Assembly (NCBI RefSeq): GCF_039831865.1
Contig: NZ_JBDODM010000001.1
Coordinates: forward strand, 87,383 to 127,382
Direction: 5' to 3'
Length of the DNA: 40,000 bases
Origin: Pseudoalteromonas pernae
GTDB taxonomy: Bacteria; Pseudomonadota; Gammaproteobacteria; Enterobacterales; Alteromonadaceae
The notes under the pieces were generated by a model. It made no database searches. It saw nothing but the letters and a program-made list of their open reading frames with translations, and had not been told where the DNA came from. Numbering within the stretch: position 1 is the first letter of the stretch; each line of letters opens with the position of its first letter. Shown here in pieces: positions 6,774 through 15,821 of the stretch. The position numbers and the translations under genes were made by a program.

Positions 6774-9560
6774 TTAAACCAACTCCTCGTTCTCGACGCG
6801 GATCCAGTCTTTTTCATCCACCCAGTTTTGTTTGCCATCACCAAGTGTTCGAATCGGTACTATGTAATCACAGCTAATTTGTGGCTTCACCGAGGCAAAT
6901 ATCGGCACAAAACCAAAGCTCAGTGCGGTTTCGATAATCGCTTGCTGGTTTTGTGGGTCGATATCAGCCGCTTCATCGATGTATAGCGGCACACGGTACT
7001 GGCTCTTTTCTTTGTCTGATAACAGATGGCGAATAAACAACATGCCACACAGTAGTTTAATGGTGATACGCGTACCATTTGAGCCAGCGGAATCGATTTT
7101 ATCGAAGTACTCAGTCTCGCCCGCGCGATTAATGACTTCAAAGCGAATATCAAACAGGTCGCTTAGCGTTAAGCCCGCTTTTTCTGAGGCCAATTTAATT
7201 AGCTGGTCCTTGGCGTCATTCACTTCGCTTTCACGTACGTCTTGCTCAGCAAGCAAATCAAGTGAGTCACCTTGTTCGTACAAATCAGACGTAGCCAAGA
7301 TGGTATCTATGCTTTGCACCAACATATGGCGTGGCACAACATCAATCTTAAAGCCTTGTAAGTTAGAGATTTTATGCTCGCCAATGCCGTTGTTAAAGAG
7401 GCGCATTTCAGATGTGAGGCGGTTTAAATCTTGGCGTAAGCCCTTAATCGTCGCGGCAACATCGGTCAATGCCACACGGGCTTGACGGTTGACCGCCTCA
7501 CGCTCGTTATCAATGTTGTGATATGCGCTGATCAGCTTTTGGTATTTGCTGAGTTCATCGTTTTCATTATCAAACTTGGTAATACCCGCATTGTAGATAT
7601 GCAAATAGGTATTGCGGACGTTGATATCGAAGTTACGCAACTCTTGGCAGTCTTTATTGAAGCTGTGAATGGTGTCGGCAAGGGCATCCAAATCGAAATT
7701 GATATCGATAAGATACGGTGTCACCTTGCCCGAAATGAAATCTAGCGTGTGGTCCAAACGCTCGCTCTTAACCTGCGCTAGACGGGCTTTTTGGCGCTCT
7801 AATGCATCTTTTTTAGAGTTGATGATTGCACGTCTGTCAGCAATGCCTGCGGCATTTTGTTGCACTTCATTCAGGTGCGCGTCCACTTCTTCTTGTTCGC
7901 CTACAAGCGATTCTTGCAGGGCTTGCTGAGCATCAACACTGCGTTGCATCACCTGATATTGCTCAAAGCGTTTCAACGCCGCTTCTTGGCTCATCAATTG
8001 ATCGTACAAGGCATCACGTTCAGCTTGTTTGCCAGCAACATCCGCAGCCACATCGCGCTGCGCTTTTAAGTCCTCTAATGAACGTTCGAGCGACTGCAAT
8101 TGCTCGCTCAGTTGTGCTTTATCTGCGCCGCTTTGCATTTGCACCACAGGCAGTTTCTTTAACGAAATGGTTGCACCTGGCAACACGAGTTCTGCACCGC
8201 GAACCGCTTGGCTTAGCAAAGAGAGGAAATCACCAAAAGCGTCTTCATCGTCGATAGTAATTTCACCACCGCTGGTGGTCGCAAATGACAGCAAATCAGG
8301 ATTGAGAATACGGGAAATCTCTTCCACTTCCTTGAGCGACAAGTCTTCACGCATGCGAGTGAAGAGGTTGTACTCTAGGTTCTTCAATTGCAGTTTTAGG
8401 CTCTTAATCTGCTTTTGCGTTTCTTTGATACGAAAATCAAGGGTATGCAGGCTTTGCCCTTCGGCACTTTTGAGTGAGTGCGTCAGCGTTTCATATTCAT
8501 GTTTAAGCGCTTTGAGTTCACTTTGCAAGGTCGCTGCGTCAGCAAGTTCAAACTCATGGTGAAGAGCATCGAAATCGGTAAACCAGGCATTGAGCTCAGT
8601 TAGTTTACGCTCAATGTCGCGTGATTGTTGCACATACAAACGTTGCTTTTGTTCAAACTCTTCTTTCTCAGCGCTTATCTCTTCAAGTTGCTCGTGGAGC
8701 GTCGCATTTTGGTCATCGTAATAAGCGTCAAAATCGGCGAGGGCCAAGTCGATTTTCGGTGCAAATGCGCCTAGTTTCCCTTTTAGTGCACTTTGGTGTT
8801 CCAACATGCTCTCAAGTGCGGCGATAGGCTCTTGCATGGTTTCGAGGGCATTGAGTTCACGACGTGCTCGATTAACCTTATCAAACGCACGTTGCCACAC
8901 TTCATAGAAATCAACGTTGGCATTAGACATATGGCGCTCAAACACGCGTAACATAAAGCGTTTTACATCTGATGCACCGAGCTTATGCAGGTTCAACATG
9001 CGTCGGAAAATTTCTTTATAAGTAGGTGCATCGCTCACATTGTTGAGCGGGATCATGCGCAAATTAATATCGCCATCAAATGGCGTTGCACCGCCAATGA
9101 GTAGGGCATTGAGTTCTTGCGCTTTGAGCTCAATCGGGTTGAAGCCTTTGTCTTTTAAGTGGTTAAACAAGCGCGTAAATTTAACGATGCGCTTGTTGTC
9201 GGTGAAATCTTCTAGATTTAAAGCACCGTTGTAACAAAAGAACTGATGGCCGTAACCAGCAATTTTGCCAAGCCCGGCAACCCCAATTACCACCTTACCA
9301 TGAGGTAAATCGGCCTCAAGCAGGATGTATGACTGGTCAGAATTGAAATAAAACTTGCGCGTTTCTTCTAAATCATGGCCATCCCATTCAGTAAGACGTA
9401 GGTCATTGATAAGCGGAAATTGCAGGGCATTAATCACCGAGCTTTTGCCGGTGTTATTCGGCGCACAAATCGAGCTGCTTTTATCAAGCGGGATCACGCA
9501 TTTTGCATAACCTGCAGTATTTAACAGCGCGAGCTTACTCAGTCCATGTAACTGTTGCAT
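6774..9560 (-). CDS. SMC/MukB/MksB/JetC-like ATPase (928 aa)
   Basis: N-terminal Walker A APNNTGKS (nt 9441-9464). About 600 aa of heptad-rich E/K/Q/L sequence with a short central non-coiled segment. C-terminal Walker B PLYIDEAADID (nt 6957-6989). SD GGAGGAAG. Start abuts the upstream stop. Confidence 0.75.
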   Translation of the reverse strand: MQQLHGLSKLALLNTAGYAKCVIPLDKSSSICAPNNTGKSSVINALQFPLINDLRLTEWDGHDLEETRKFYFNSDQSYILLEADLPHGKVVIGVAGLGKIAGYGHQFFCYNGALNLEDFTDNKRIVKFTRLFNHLKDKGFNPIELKAQELNALLIGGATPFDGDINLRMIPLNNVSDAPTYKEIFRRMLNLHKLGASDVKRFMLRVFERHMSNANVDFYEVWQRAFDKVNRARRELNALETMQEPIAALESMLEHQSALKGKLGAFAPKIDLALADFDAYYDDQNATLHEQLEEISAEKEEFEQKQRLYVQQSRDIERKLTELNAWFTDFDALHHEFELADAATLQSELKALKHEYETLTHSLKSAEGQSLHTLDFRIKETQKQIKSLKLQLKNLEYNLFTRMREDLSLKEVEEISRILNPDLLSFATTSGGEITIDDEDAFGDFLSLLSQAVRGAELVLPGATISLKKLPVVQMQSGADKAQLSEQLQSLERSLEDLKAQRDVAADVAGKQAERDALYDQLMSQEAALKRFEQYQVMQRSVDAQQALQESLVGEQEEVDAHLNEVQQNAAGIADRRAIINSKKDALERQKARLAQVKSERLDHTLDFISGKVTPYLIDINFDLDALADTIHSFNKDCQELRNFDINVRNTYLHIYNAGITKFDNENDELSKYQKLISAYHNIDNEREAVNRQARVALTDVAATIKGLRQDLNRLTSEMRLFNNGIGEHKISNLQGFKIDVVPRHMLVQSIDTILATSDLYEQGDSLDLLAEQDVRESEVNDAKDQLIKLASEKAGLTLSDLFDIRFEVINRAGETEYFDKIDSAGSNGTRITIKLLCGMLFIRHLLSDKEKSQYRVPLYIDEAADIDPQNQQAIIETALSFGFVPIFASVKPQISCDYIVPIRTLGDGKQNWVDEKDWIRVENEELV

Positions 9561-10115
9561 TTATACTTCCTCCGCGCTTTCAAAAGCGTCATCGTTAACT
9601 TCCAGTAGTGCGTCTAAATAGCGATGAATGGGTGCAAGAAGGCGAAATGCGCTGTCTTTATCCTTCGCTTTGGCCATACCCAAACGCACCATACGCATCA
9701 GCACATCTTTGCGTAAGTCCGAGCCTGAGAAAATCTCCAATTGATCAAACAACGCCTTGTTATTGAGCACGAGTTCTTGGCAAATTTCTAAATCAACGTC
9801 TTTGTCGAACAGCGCGCGCATTGGGTCTTGGCCTTTATTCGCGTAATGTTCGATAAGGGTGTAGATAAACAGGGCGATAGCGCGGGAGATTTTCCCCATA
9901 TTGGCTGTCCCTTCGTCGGTAGCGAAATAGAAAAAGCCACGAGCGTCATGCACTAGGGCGTTACCCAAGGCACTAAATAAGGCGTCATATTGCTCTTGAA
10001 GTTGGTCCAGCTCCTGCCATGCAAGGTTATCTTGCTCACTGATGTGATAGCCGCTAACTAGTTTTTTATTGATGTATTGCAGCTGCGTGAGCTGAGTTAA
10101 ATCGATTGTGCTCAT
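9561..10115 (-). CDS. MukE/MksE/JetB-like small subunit (184 aa)
   Basis: Position between the kleisin-like and SMC-like genes. Small size with an acidic C-terminal tail (DDAFESAEEV). The segment LFSALGNALVHDARGFFYFATDEG resembles the MksE/JetB family pattern, recalled from memory and not verified. ATGA overlap with the upstream gene. Confidence 0.5.
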   Translation of the reverse strand: MSTIDLTQLTQLQYINKKLVSGYHISEQDNLAWQELDQLQEQYDALFSALGNALVHDARGFFYFATDEGTANMGKISRAIALFIYTLIEHYANKGQDPMRALFDKDVDLEICQELVLNNKALFDQLEIFSGSDLRKDVLMRMVRLGMAKAKDKDSAFRLLAPIHRYLDALLEVNDDAFESAEEV

Positions 10116-11392
10116 AGCGCGTTGTTACTCTTATTTTGTTTACTGTCACTGGCATCAACGAAGGGGTATAAGGAGAATCGTTTACCAGCTAAGGTTTTAT
10201 ACACTGGTGCGTCGCTTTGTGACAACGTCATTGTTGGGTCATTGATAAGTTTTTGATAAAGATACAATAACTCATCTGATTCAAGGTCAGGGTAGTGGTC
10301 ATTGAGCACGTCAATCACTTGCTGCTTCGCGGCTTTCCCCTTGGTTTTACTTGATTTAAATAGTGCGCGAACATCCTTAAAGCTTGGAATATGTGGCGCG
10401 TGATAAGGCTCAGCGGCGTCGGCATCGGGCATTTCAAATTCATGTTCTTCAAATTCACTCAAGCCCGCCATATAAGACACAAGCTGAGCATTGCTGCCAA
10501 GTTGGTGGTGCTGTGGCTCAGAGACAAAGAAAGGTTGATGCGCGCTCATCACGTTATCCAAGCCGCGTTTGCGAATTAAGCTGAGTACCTTTGCCGCTTG
10601 GCGAGTGATGAGAGTGTTTTGTCTTAGCTCTTCTCGCAACGGCATGAGCATGTCGGCGCTTTGGCGCAAGCTTTCGCGGCCAATATGGTGCATATCTAAA
10701 ATACGAGTACGAAGCTGCTCAAGCATACGAATGGTGGTGCTACTTCGGCCCGTTTGTTTAAGCTCAATCAGGTGCTCAGTGAGCCTTGCCTCAATGCTAT
10801 CAAAGCAGACTTGGAACGCGCCGTTGATGGCCAGCATTTCCAGCATTGGCTCAATATACTCATCGAATGCCTCAATAACAGCTTTATAACGTTTAGCCAG
10901 TGACATGCTGGAGTTATTCGATTTGGCTTGTTCTACTAGGTTGTAGATGGCGTTTTCGTTGTGTTGATAAAGTTTAACGATTTTTCGCACCCGTTCATCC
11001 ATAATGCGGCTGTAACGGCTGATATCGCCATAGTCGTTATCCTCAACGGCGTCTTCTAGCTTGTTGCTCAAGCGCTCTAGGTCATCAACAAGCACATTTA
11101 TTTCACCAGCAACCCCTAAACTTTCATCTTGAAGTAGGTAAGCGGCAAAGTCGCTAATTGCGCGATTGATTTCTAACTGTGACGATTTCGCAAGGGGAAC
11201 CAGAATATCTTGGTTCATAAGGCGATTCGTTTCTTTGTATATTTGTGCGCCAGAATAATGAGGAAAATGCTGTTTAATTACGCTTTGCACTTCCTTGATG
11301 CTGAAATCCCCCATTTTAAAGCGTTTTATCAGTGTTTCTAACACTGGCCACAGCTCGTTGAGGGTATTAAGCACGCGTTTCGCTATTATCAT
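10112..11392 (-). CDS. MukF/MksF/JetA (kleisin)-like subunit (~426 aa)
   Basis: First gene of the coupled triplet. Helical, with no catalytic motif seen. Start tentatively ATG 11392 (MIIAKRVLN...) rather than 11509, whose 39-aa extension is Cys/hydrophobic-rich and lacks an SD. Confidence 0.45.
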   Translation of the reverse strand: MIIAKRVLNTLNELWPVLETLIKRFKMGDFSIKEVQSVIKQHFPHYSGAQIYKETNRLMNQDILVPLAKSSQLEINRAISDFAAYLLQDESLGVAGEINVLVDDLERLSNKLEDAVEDNDYGDISRYSRIMDERVRKIVKLYQHNENAIYNLVEQAKSNNSSMSLAKRYKAVIEAFDEYIEPMLEMLAINGAFQVCFDSIEARLTEHLIELKQTGRSSTTIRMLEQLRTRILDMHHIGRESLRQSADMLMPLREELRQNTLITRQAAKVLSLIRKRGLDNVMSAHQPFFVSEPQHHQLGSNAQLVSYMAGLSEFEEHEFEMPDADAAEPYHAPHIPSFKDVRALFKSSKTKGKAAKQQVIDVLNDHYPDLESDELLYLYQKLINDPTMTLSQSDAPVYKTLAGKRFSLYPFVDASDSKQNKSNNAL

Positions 11393-11700
11393 TATGTTAG
11401 TTCTTTGTGCTTGGCAATAGGGCACGATTATAACGAAAGGGACAAGGTGGTAAAATAGCTTTTCAGTTGTTGCCTGAGCTTTACACTGCAAATGTAAAAA
11501 AAATGTCATTTACCACGAATGGGGAATAGCCGCGACGACCATGTGGTGATAGAATTCGCGCCGCTTGCAGGCTGTAACGGTCTGTTAATAACTCATGGTG
11601 CCACTAAGTTTGTTATTTGTACACCTGTGTGTGTTCGGGTGCGGTCAATAAACTTAGCTGTACATTTTTAGTTCGCTCGTCGCAAGGAATTTAACCCAAA

Positions 11701-12948
11701 ATGGTCAGTGCGCTCATATTGACGCTCATTGCCGTGGCATTCGTGCTTATTGTTGTGGAAGACGTCATCCATGTAAATAAAGCCAAAACCACGCTGTTTT
11801 TCGGTACTCTGTGCTGGATTATCCTCTTTATCTCGCCGCTCCACGGTCATTCTGTTGACCACATCAAGCATGAATTGAATGAAAACATATTAGAAATAGC
11901 GACATTGTGGCTATTTTTAATGGCTGCAATGACTTTTGTTGCCTACCTCAACTCAAAAGGCTTTATCCAAAACTTGGTGCAGCGCGTACTACCTAGTGCG
12001 ATAAGTGAACGTAAGCTCATGTTCCTCATCGCTGGCTTTGCTTTCTTGTTCTCTTCAATTTCCGACAATATCACGGCGACCTTAGTGTCTTTAGCGGTTG
12101 TGATGTCATTAAAGTTGGACGGCAGAAAGCTGGTTAAATATGCCACATTGATCATATTTGCGGTTAACTCGGGTGGGGTGTCGTTGATCACCGGTGATGT
12201 AACAACCTTGATGATCTTCCTTGCGGATAAAGTAACCATTGGCAACTTGTTGTTATTAGTCGCACCCGCCGCGTTTAGTGTACTGATTCTTGCGACTTTA
12301 CTGTCGATGAAGATGAATGGCACAGTGACGTTCTCGTTGGGTGAGAAAAAGCGCATCGAGAAAACGGATATCACCATTGCTGCCATTTTTCTATCGACCA
12401 TTGTGGGCACGTTAACGTTAAGTGTGATGTATCAAATTCCACCTTTGCTTACCTTTTTGTTTGGTTTGTCGTTGATGTTCCTTACAGCGCAGTTTTTAAT
12501 GCGCAAAAAAGACGTGAACAAGAAGATCATCGACTTCATCCGTGAGATTGAGTACGACACCTTGTTATTCTTCGTTGGCGTACTCTTGCTTGTTGGCGCC
12601 CTAAAGGAAGTGGGTGTACTTGCGCAATTTACCCACTTGTATGAAGTGTTGGCGCCGAACCAAGCAAACTATTTGATGGGCTTGCTTTCTGCCGCTGTAG
12701 ATAACGTGCCATTGACTGCGGCGTTGCTAAAAGCCGACATTCAAATGGATACACAAAACTGGCTGGCATTTACCTACGCAACGGGTGTTGGCGGTTCCAT
12801 GTTAGTGATTGGTTCTGCTGCGGGTATTATCGCAATGAGCAAAGTACGCGACCTAACATTTGGCAGCTACTTACGTAATACCTTTTACTTGCTGATTGCT
12901 TATTCAGTCGGTTATGTAGGTTCTTACGCGATGGGCTCATTTGTGTAA
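11701..12948 (+). CDS. nhaD: NhaD-family Na+/H+ antiporter (ArsB/NhaD permease superfamily)
   Basis: 415 aa, polytopic. Paired motifs SSISDNITATLVS and SAAVDNVPLTAALL are characteristic of this superfamily. Confidence 0.7.
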   Translation: MVSALILTLIAVAFVLIVVEDVIHVNKAKTTLFFGTLCWIILFISPLHGHSVDHIKHELNENILEIATLWLFLMAAMTFVAYLNSKGFIQNLVQRVLPSAISERKLMFLIAGFAFLFSSISDNITATLVSLAVVMSLKLDGRKLVKYATLIIFAVNSGGVSLITGDVTTLMIFLADKVTIGNLLLLVAPAAFSVLILATLLSMKMNGTVTFSLGEKKRIEKTDITIAAIFLSTIVGTLTLSVMYQIPPLLTFLFGLSLMFLTAQFLMRKKDVNKKIIDFIREIEYDTLLFFVGVLLLVGALKEVGVLAQFTHLYEVLAPNQANYLMGLLSAAVDNVPLTAALLKADIQMDTQNWLAFTYATGVGGSMLVIGSAAGIIAMSKVRDLTFGSYLRNTFYLLIAYSVGYVGSYAMGSFV

Positions 12949-12973
12949 CTAAACACTATTCATTATCAATTTA

Positions 12974-13010
12974 AAAAGCCACTGAAGCCGTTCGGTTTCA
13001 GTGGCTTTTT
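12974..13010 (+). terminator. Rho-independent terminator after nhaD
   Basis: AAAGCCACTGAA...TTCAGTGGCTTTTT hairpin plus T-run. Confidence 0.7.
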
Positions 13011-13104
13011 ACGTTTAAATGCAAAATAGTCGCTAACTGGCATTGCGTCATAGTTCACCTTTGCGCAATATTAAAGACACTAAGTTTCTAATAAGTATAA
13101 AGAT

Positions 13105-14088
13105 ATGCGTATAGCAGTATTTGGTGCAGGCTCAACAGGATGCTACTTGGCGGCATTACTCAGTGTCGCCAAACTATCAACGTCGATTGTGTGCAGAGAG
13201 CGAATAAAAAACGCTATTGAAGACAACGAAGGTATTCACATTACCGACTACCAAGGGTTTGATAAAAGAGTTATGCCCAACGCCTTACTGACTGATACGA
13301 CAGGTCAACAGTTTGATGTGGTGTTTGTTACCGTTAAGTGTCACCAATTGCCTGAGGTAGCTCAGCAGTTATTAAATATCACGCATGCTCAATCAGAACT
13401 GATTTTTATGCAAAATGGGTTAGGCAGTTTCGATGCTATTGAGACGCAAATGGCGCAGCGTAGGTGTTTGTTTGGAATAACCCCCTTTAACGTGTTGCAA
13501 AATGGCGCGCATTTTCATAAGGGAACGCAAGGGGAGTTTTGCTTTGAGCAAAGTGATAACACGCAATTCATTGCTCAGAAACTTCAAGACAGTGGTTTTG
13601 GCTGTCATATATACGACGACATGAAACCTGTTGTGTTCGGCAAGCTGCTTTTAAATCTCAATAATGCGCTTAACGCCATAGCCGATATGCCGATTAAAGC
13701 TGAGCTTGAGAATCACGCGATTCGCCGCACCCTTGCAGGCGCGATGCGCGAATGGATTGCAGTAGCAAAGGCGATGGATTGTGAATTAGCGCAGTTTACC
13801 AAGGTGAAGCCTGCAAAAGTGCGGGTGATTTTAAGCTTACCTAATTGGCTATTTAAACGGGTGGCATCAGCGATGCTAGACATAGACCCCAAAGCGCGCT
13901 CATCGATGTGGGAAGATATCCAAGCGGGCAGAAAAACAGAAGTTGAGTTCCTCAATGGTGCGGTGGTTAAACTTGGCGCTCAGCATAATGTGCCCACTCC
14001 AATCAACCAAGCTATTGTTCAGAGCATCCATAAGCTAGAGCGCGGCGAAACTGTAGATATAACGCGACTCGCTGTTATGAAATCGTAA
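13105..14088 (+). CDS. 2-dehydropantoate 2-reductase family protein (PanE/ApbA-like)
   Basis: N-terminal Rossmann MRIAVFGAGSTGCYLAALL. 327 aa. The C-terminal motif SSMWEDIQAGRKTEVEFLNG is typical of ketopantoate reductases. Confidence 0.7.
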   Translation: MRIAVFGAGSTGCYLAALLSVAKLSTSIVCRERIKNAIEDNEGIHITDYQGFDKRVMPNALLTDTTGQQFDVVFVTVKCHQLPEVAQQLLNITHAQSELIFMQNGLGSFDAIETQMAQRRCLFGITPFNVLQNGAHFHKGTQGEFCFEQSDNTQFIAQKLQDSGFGCHIYDDMKPVVFGKLLLNLNNALNAIADMPIKAELENHAIRRTLAGAMREWIAVAKAMDCELAQFTKVKPAKVRVILSLPNWLFKRVASAMLDIDPKARSSMWEDIQAGRKTEVEFLNGAVVKLGAQHNVPTPINQAIVQSIHKLERGETVDITRLAVMKS

Positions 14089-14215
14089 CAAATAAGTTCA
14101 TGACAAGTGCATTTGCACAATTGACATCCAGCCATCCAAACGTTACATTGCATGCTCGTTCTGGCGCATGATCGCTAGAGTGCTGTGCCAATGCTCTCAA
14201 CTGTATTGGTATCAA

Positions 14216-14382
14216 CAGAAGAGGTGCGATAGCTAGGTAGTAAACGCGAGGCAGACGAAGGCCGATGACCGTTTATGAGGGAGACTATCGCCGAGGGAGT
14301 CCATTGCTCGTCACAATGGCTCTCGGTTCTTGAGGCTGAATCCTCGGAACTGTCACCTGTTTTTTGGGTGGAGGGCTTCTGG
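14216..14382 (+). promoter_or_regulatory. Lysine riboswitch (L-box) in the lysC leader
   Basis: Conserved L-box blocks in order: AGAGGTGCG, GGTAGTAA, CGCCGAGGG, GGAACTGTCAC, GTGGAGGGCTTCT. The P1 helix pairs CAGAAG with CTTCTG. Lies 84 nt upstream of an aspartokinase gene. Confidence 0.8.
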
Positions 14383-14465
14383 CAATGGACACACTTCTTT
14401 TATCCTCTTGCCAAGTTCTCCTGATTGTATTTGAAAAATAAGCTATTTTTCATCTCGGAGAGAAA

Positions 14466-15821
14466 ATGAATCAGGAATTTTCCGTCGCTAAGTTTGGCGG
14501 CACTTCAGTTGCAGATCATCAAGCAATGATGCGTTGCGCAGACATTGTGGCAGCTGACAACCAGGTACGTATTGTTGTAGTGAGCGCCAGTGCCGGCGTC
14601 ACTAACCACCTAGTGGCGCTTTGCCAAAGCAATATTGATGATGAAACCCGTGAGCAACACATTGATGGTGTTGTTGCCATTCAATTGAATATCCTTGAAT
14701 ACCTCAGCCTAGATGCTGATTTGGCGCACGGCTTTGAAAATACCCTCAATGCTTTTCGTAGCGCAGCGATGAAGCCAATTCAAACTAATGCACAACGTGA
14801 CGAATTGCTGAGTTTTGGTGAGCGTTTATCTTCTTACTTATTTACGCAAGTGCTCCGTGATAAAGGCGTTTCGTCGACGCGCTTTGATGTGCGTTCAGTA
14901 CTTAAAACCGACAGCCAATTTTCCAAAGCATCACCGGATGTAGCGCAAACACGTACCCGCGCTCAAGCCGAGCTGGTGCCACTACTTAATGATTATGTGG
15001 TTGTGACGCAGGGCTTTATTGGTAGTGACGAATACGGTGATACCACAACGCTTGGTCGTGGTGGATCAGATTACAGTGCAGCATTAATTGCTGAGGCAAC
15101 AGGCGCAAATAGCATTTATATTTGGACGGATGTGGTTGGTATTTACAGCACCGATCCGCGTGTGTGTGAAAAGGCCCGTCCGATTGCTCATCTCACGTTC
15201 GATGAAGCGGCCGAAATGGCGACCTTCGGCGCCAAAGTCTTGCACCCTGCGACTATTCTTCCTGCGGCGCGCAGCAGTATTGGCGTATTTGTGGGTTCAA
15301 GTAAAGACCCCGAAGGCGGTGGTACCTGGATTGAAAAAGTACCGAGCGCAGAAATTATCGCTGGGGTACGAGCCGTCACCCAACGTAAAAACCAAATTTT
15401 ATTAACACTCAAAAGCCCTGAAATGCTGTTAGCCAGTGGTTTCTTAGCACGTGTATTCACCATTTTGAGCGAATATAAGATTTCCGTTGATTTGGTCACT
15501 ACGTCTGAAATCAGTGTTGCTGTAACGTTGGACAACGCGCCCAATGCAAGCCGCCCAGAGCTTGACCAAGAGGCGCTCGATAGACTCGGCGAGTTCTGCC
15601 ATGTAACGGTTGAAAATAACTTGGCATTAGTAGGGCTAATTGGCTCAGAAATTCAACTGCGCCAAAGCGAATTGAATCTGATGAAAGTGCTTTCTGGTTT
15701 TGATATCCGCCTCATTTGTCATGGTGCGTCAAAACACAACTTGTGCTTCTTGGTGGACCAATCGCAATCTGACGACGTGGTTAAAGCGATTCACCAACAG
15801 TTGTTGGAGCAAGGTCAATAA
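14466..15821 (+). CDS. lysC: Aspartate kinase (lysine-sensitive type)
   Basis: N-terminal VAKFGGTSV motif, GRGGSDYSAAL, C-terminal ACT-domain region. 451 aa, preceded by the lysine riboswitch. Confidence 0.9.
   Translation: MNQEFSVAKFGGTSVADHQAMMRCADIVAADNQVRIVVVSASAGVTNHLVALCQSNIDDETREQHIDGVVAIQLNILEYLSLDADLAHGFENTLNAFRSAAMKPIQTNAQRDELLSFGERLSSYLFTQVLRDKGVSSTRFDVRSVLKTDSQFSKASPDVAQTRTRAQAELVPLLNDYVVVTQGFIGSDEYGDTTTLGRGGSDYSAALIAEATGANSIYIWTDVVGIYSTDPRVCEKARPIAHLTFDEAAEMATFGAKVLHPATILPAARSSIGVFVGSSKDPEGGGTWIEKVPSAEIIAGVRAVTQRKNQILLTLKSPEMLLASGFLARVFTILSEYKISVDLVTTSEISVAVTLDNAPNASRPELDQEALDRLGEFCHVTVENNLALVGLIGSEIQLRQSELNLMKVLSGFDIRLICHGASKHNLCFLVDQSQSDDVVKAIHQQLLEQGQ

Noticed and set aside
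6979-8562. Series of plus-strand ORFs (168, 87, 86, 143, 70 and 177 aa) inside the SMC-like gene
   Set aside because: They are antisense to a 928-aa ORF with clear Walker A/B motifs. Their Ser/Cys/Arg-rich low-complexity translations are what the reverse complement of coiled-coil (E/K/Q/L) coding sequence produces. They lack an SD and any motifs.
10112-11509. ATG 11509 as the start of the kleisin-like gene (465 aa)
   Set aside because: The extra 39 residues (MTFFLHLQCKAQATTEKLFYHLVPFVIIVPYCQAQRTNI) look non-protein-like and have no SD. ATG 11392 is preferred, though this remains tentative.
6084-11700. Searched both flanks of the three-gene SMC-like operon for a JetD/MksG-type (Toprim/DUF2220-like) fourth gene
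   Set aside because: No ORF of suitable size exists. Downstream are a terminator and two ORFs of 115 aa or less. Upstream is a divergent antiporter gene. The absence is reported as a finding rather than forcing a Wadjet call.
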